From contig OZ024746.1 in NCBI GenBank assembly GCA_964016885.1, forward strand, positions 72,974,001-73,038,000: a stretch of 64,000 bases of DNA, written 5' to 3'. Below the pieces are notes generated by a model that saw only the letters and a program-made list of their open reading frames with translations, was not told the origin of the DNA and did not search any database. Below are positions 60,201-64,000 of the stretch, piece by piece (position 1 is the first letter of the stretch; every line of letters starts with the position of its first letter). The stretch is from Eledone cirrhosa. Its lineage: Eukaryota. The position numbers were made by a program, and so were the translations under genes.

Positions 60201-61411
60201 TTTTATCTACCCATCTGTCTTCCCAATCTATTGTTATTTGGTCACTAATGCTTGGTTTAAATCTAATAAATTCAATCTTCGTTCTTTCCCCTTCTGTATT
60301 TAAAAGTCACTATAACCTTTTGAATAGCCTATAGATATCGATCATTAGTGTATCTTTCTGGGCATCGTGGAAGACTAACTTTTAGTCGAATACAGAAATA
60401 CATCTCAGAAGATATTTCATTTATATAATCACATTAAAATCATCCTATTCTAAAAGAACTTGGGGCCTTTTGAGACAAAATAAGTAATATTGGTGTCAGA
60501 TAAAAACATCGTGGTCCTTTCTACTTTAATCTTTATATTACCAAACTTAAAACTAACTCCTGACTTTCAGACGCCTTTAGCAGAATTTCCTGTTTCGGGC
60601 AATTCGATTTTCCACTCGTAGTTTCCTTATTTTTCTTCCACTGTTCTTTGAATATACTATTTGAATCAGGACCCTTGTGAAATGGAACAAAAAACAACTT
60701 GTCGAGAATACGGTCTGCCGCCGAGTTCAAAATAACAATCACAAAATAACCTTTCTTTTCCCACATTCCTCAAACCAGTGGCGATCTCCCATCACCACAA
60801 CTACTGGATTCCTCACCAACCATTAAGTTCAGTGCATCCTCTTTTGTTCTGATCTTCCATCGCACTACTTGTCTACTAGAACATTTTCCACAACTTCTGT
60901 CAAGCTACTTCTATTACTTCTAAACCTCCACTACTCTACTTCAAAAGTAACTATCTGTCACAGCCAGTCTACTGTCCAATTTCCGAAACCAATATGCTGA
61001 GGCCACAGTAATATGTCCTATTTATAAATTAGATCAAATGCTCCGTGAAATGGTGGACTTTCTCTAGCTGTACATGTAAAACGCACACTTTACAACCATC
61101 GAAATTCCAAATCAACCATCAAAATAGGATGAGAACGAAACCGTTTAGCTTCCAATTTAGAAGCAGGGAAAACTGCGACATATATACCTTTTTCAAAGGA
61201 ATTAACAACGTAATTAAAGAGAAATGTTTCTCCATGAAAGGCTATAACTGAATACATTTTGTATCGTTGCAGAGTTATTGCAGTTATCAAACATTACAAA
61301 TACATTGTTATATTAGTTTTGCTTATTGAAATATTATTATATTATATCTGGTAAGAAAGCTTTCCATTGTGCAACTTCGAACAGATCAGGAATTAAGAAT
61401 ATATATACATG

Positions 61412-61486
<75 letters not shown>

Positions 61487-61489
61487 CTG

Positions 61490-62440
<951 letters not shown>

Positions 62441-62542
62441 CATTTTCTCCGGAATATAATTTATACTTGTTGAGCAAACCTGCACGTACGCTGTTCATCT
62501 CTAACGTAACGATATATTATCACTACATTATTGATAACCTGA

Positions 62543-62852
<310 letters not shown>

Positions 62853-63614
62853 ATGAAAATGTTTAACCCGGACGGCAGAGCTCAAGCCGTTTCGACGGCT
62901 ATTTCTGGACTAAATTAGAATTTTTAGCGGGGTAATTCCTTATATGGGAAGATTGTAGTTGTCAAAAGGATTGGTCAAAATTTCTTGTAAACACAATTAA
63001 ATCTTGCATGGCAGTGGGTGGCGGGTGAGGGTGGCTGAACTTGCTTGTAGATCAACGAGGGAGTGGATGGAGCCGGTCAAGCGTTGAAAGTGAATTCTAT
63101 ACAGCAAATTCTAAGGAGTGTGTATGAAATTAGGCTAGTTAGGAAGCTGGCGAAATAGGGTTCTGGAGGAATTTGAGAGTGGGACGTTATAGAATTAAAA
63201 GGTTAATAAATTGAGATTAAAAGATAATAAATAAAAAAAGTAAAAATAATAAAATTAAATAGTAAAAAGTAATAAAAAAAATCTCTAGAGTCTAAAGCAG
63301 CTGCTATATTTTTAGTTGGTATTGTGTTTTCGGCCAATGCTATATATAATTTACTGGGGTGAGGGTACTGAGGCTACAAAAGCCCGATGGGCTGCCTCGG
63401 GGTAAGCGAAAGAGGGAAAAGGAAAAGGAAGAGGAGAGTGAGTGGAAGGAAGTGATAAGAAGTAATAAAAAGAAAAAGAAAAGAAAAAGAAAAAGAAAAA
63501 GAAAAAGAAAAGAAAAAGAAAAAGAAAAAGAAAAAGAAAAAGAAAAGAAGTACATATACCTATGTATGCTGGTGTTTCTCCAAGTGAGAAAAATAAGGAT
63601 GTTGCAGCCATTGT

Positions 63615-63998
63615 TTACCCGCCTGGGTCATGAGTGGGTTTGAGGGCGAGGTAAGTCCTACGCAATCGGTGTTTACATGCAGTTACAAGTTCGTCTTTTT
63701 TGTTTAGGAGTTGGTCCTTCGTAAACAGCATTTGTAATGTTTCCTCCGAGCATAAGTTACACGGACGGCGTCTTCCCGTGTAGGAGTTAGCTCTGGACAG
63801 TAAGCTCCAAGTAAGATTGTATGTTATGTTATTATCTTGGAGGTCCCAGATGTGGCCCGAAAGTGTAGTGGCATGTCGCCGGGCCGGGTTTCGGAACGTA
63901 TGTCGGTGTTGGTAGAGCCGGGTCTTAAAGTCACAAGCAGTTAATCCTATATAGGCTTTGTTGGAGGTTTCCGTCCTCACGTTGCATTGGTAGATCAC
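63615..63998 (-). mobile_element. Penelope-like element GIY-YIG endonuclease C-terminus (element continues past the window end; pLTR extends left toward ~62860)
   Basis: VIYQCNV...KAYIGLTACDFKTRLYQH...TTLSGHIWDLQD...CNLCSEE...LLNKKDELVTACKH. Confidence 0.9.
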
Positions 63999-64000
63999 GT

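Overview
This is AT-rich, microsatellite-dense animal genomic DNA. The repeat landscape (RTE, Tx1/L1, R4-like and CRE LINE fragments, Penelope-like elements, Helitrons, mariner, tRNA-derived SINEs) looks cephalopod/octopus-like, which is inference. Nearly all ORF-track entries are microsatellite artefacts or transposon debris. The main discovery is invisible to the ORF track: a minus-strand micro-exon gene spanning 32493 down to 320 and continuing past the left edge. It has a signal-peptide exon followed by alternating 28-nt (A) and 32/35-nt (B) micro-exons, one A+B pair per copy of a 2.6-10 kb tandemly duplicated segment. All 12 exons have canonical AG/GT sites and splice in frame (404 nt, no stops) to MNRLSINFFVLAFAIAFEWGIAA-DCSKKTDDTQKMDCLKKLRD-DCSIKKDDTTKVKCLANITT-SCSIIQDATKENECLKNVVQL-GCSKITDVTKKEECTQKVLQ-GCSQIQDVTKKEECVQKVVQD-GCSKIQDAT.... 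This predicts a secreted protein of C-x11-C-x7/8 repeats whose exons have diverged faster than their introns. The right half (34-64 kb) is essentially transposon-derived. It includes a young non-autonomous LTR element, Penelope-associated hammerhead-like motifs and several inverted repeats.
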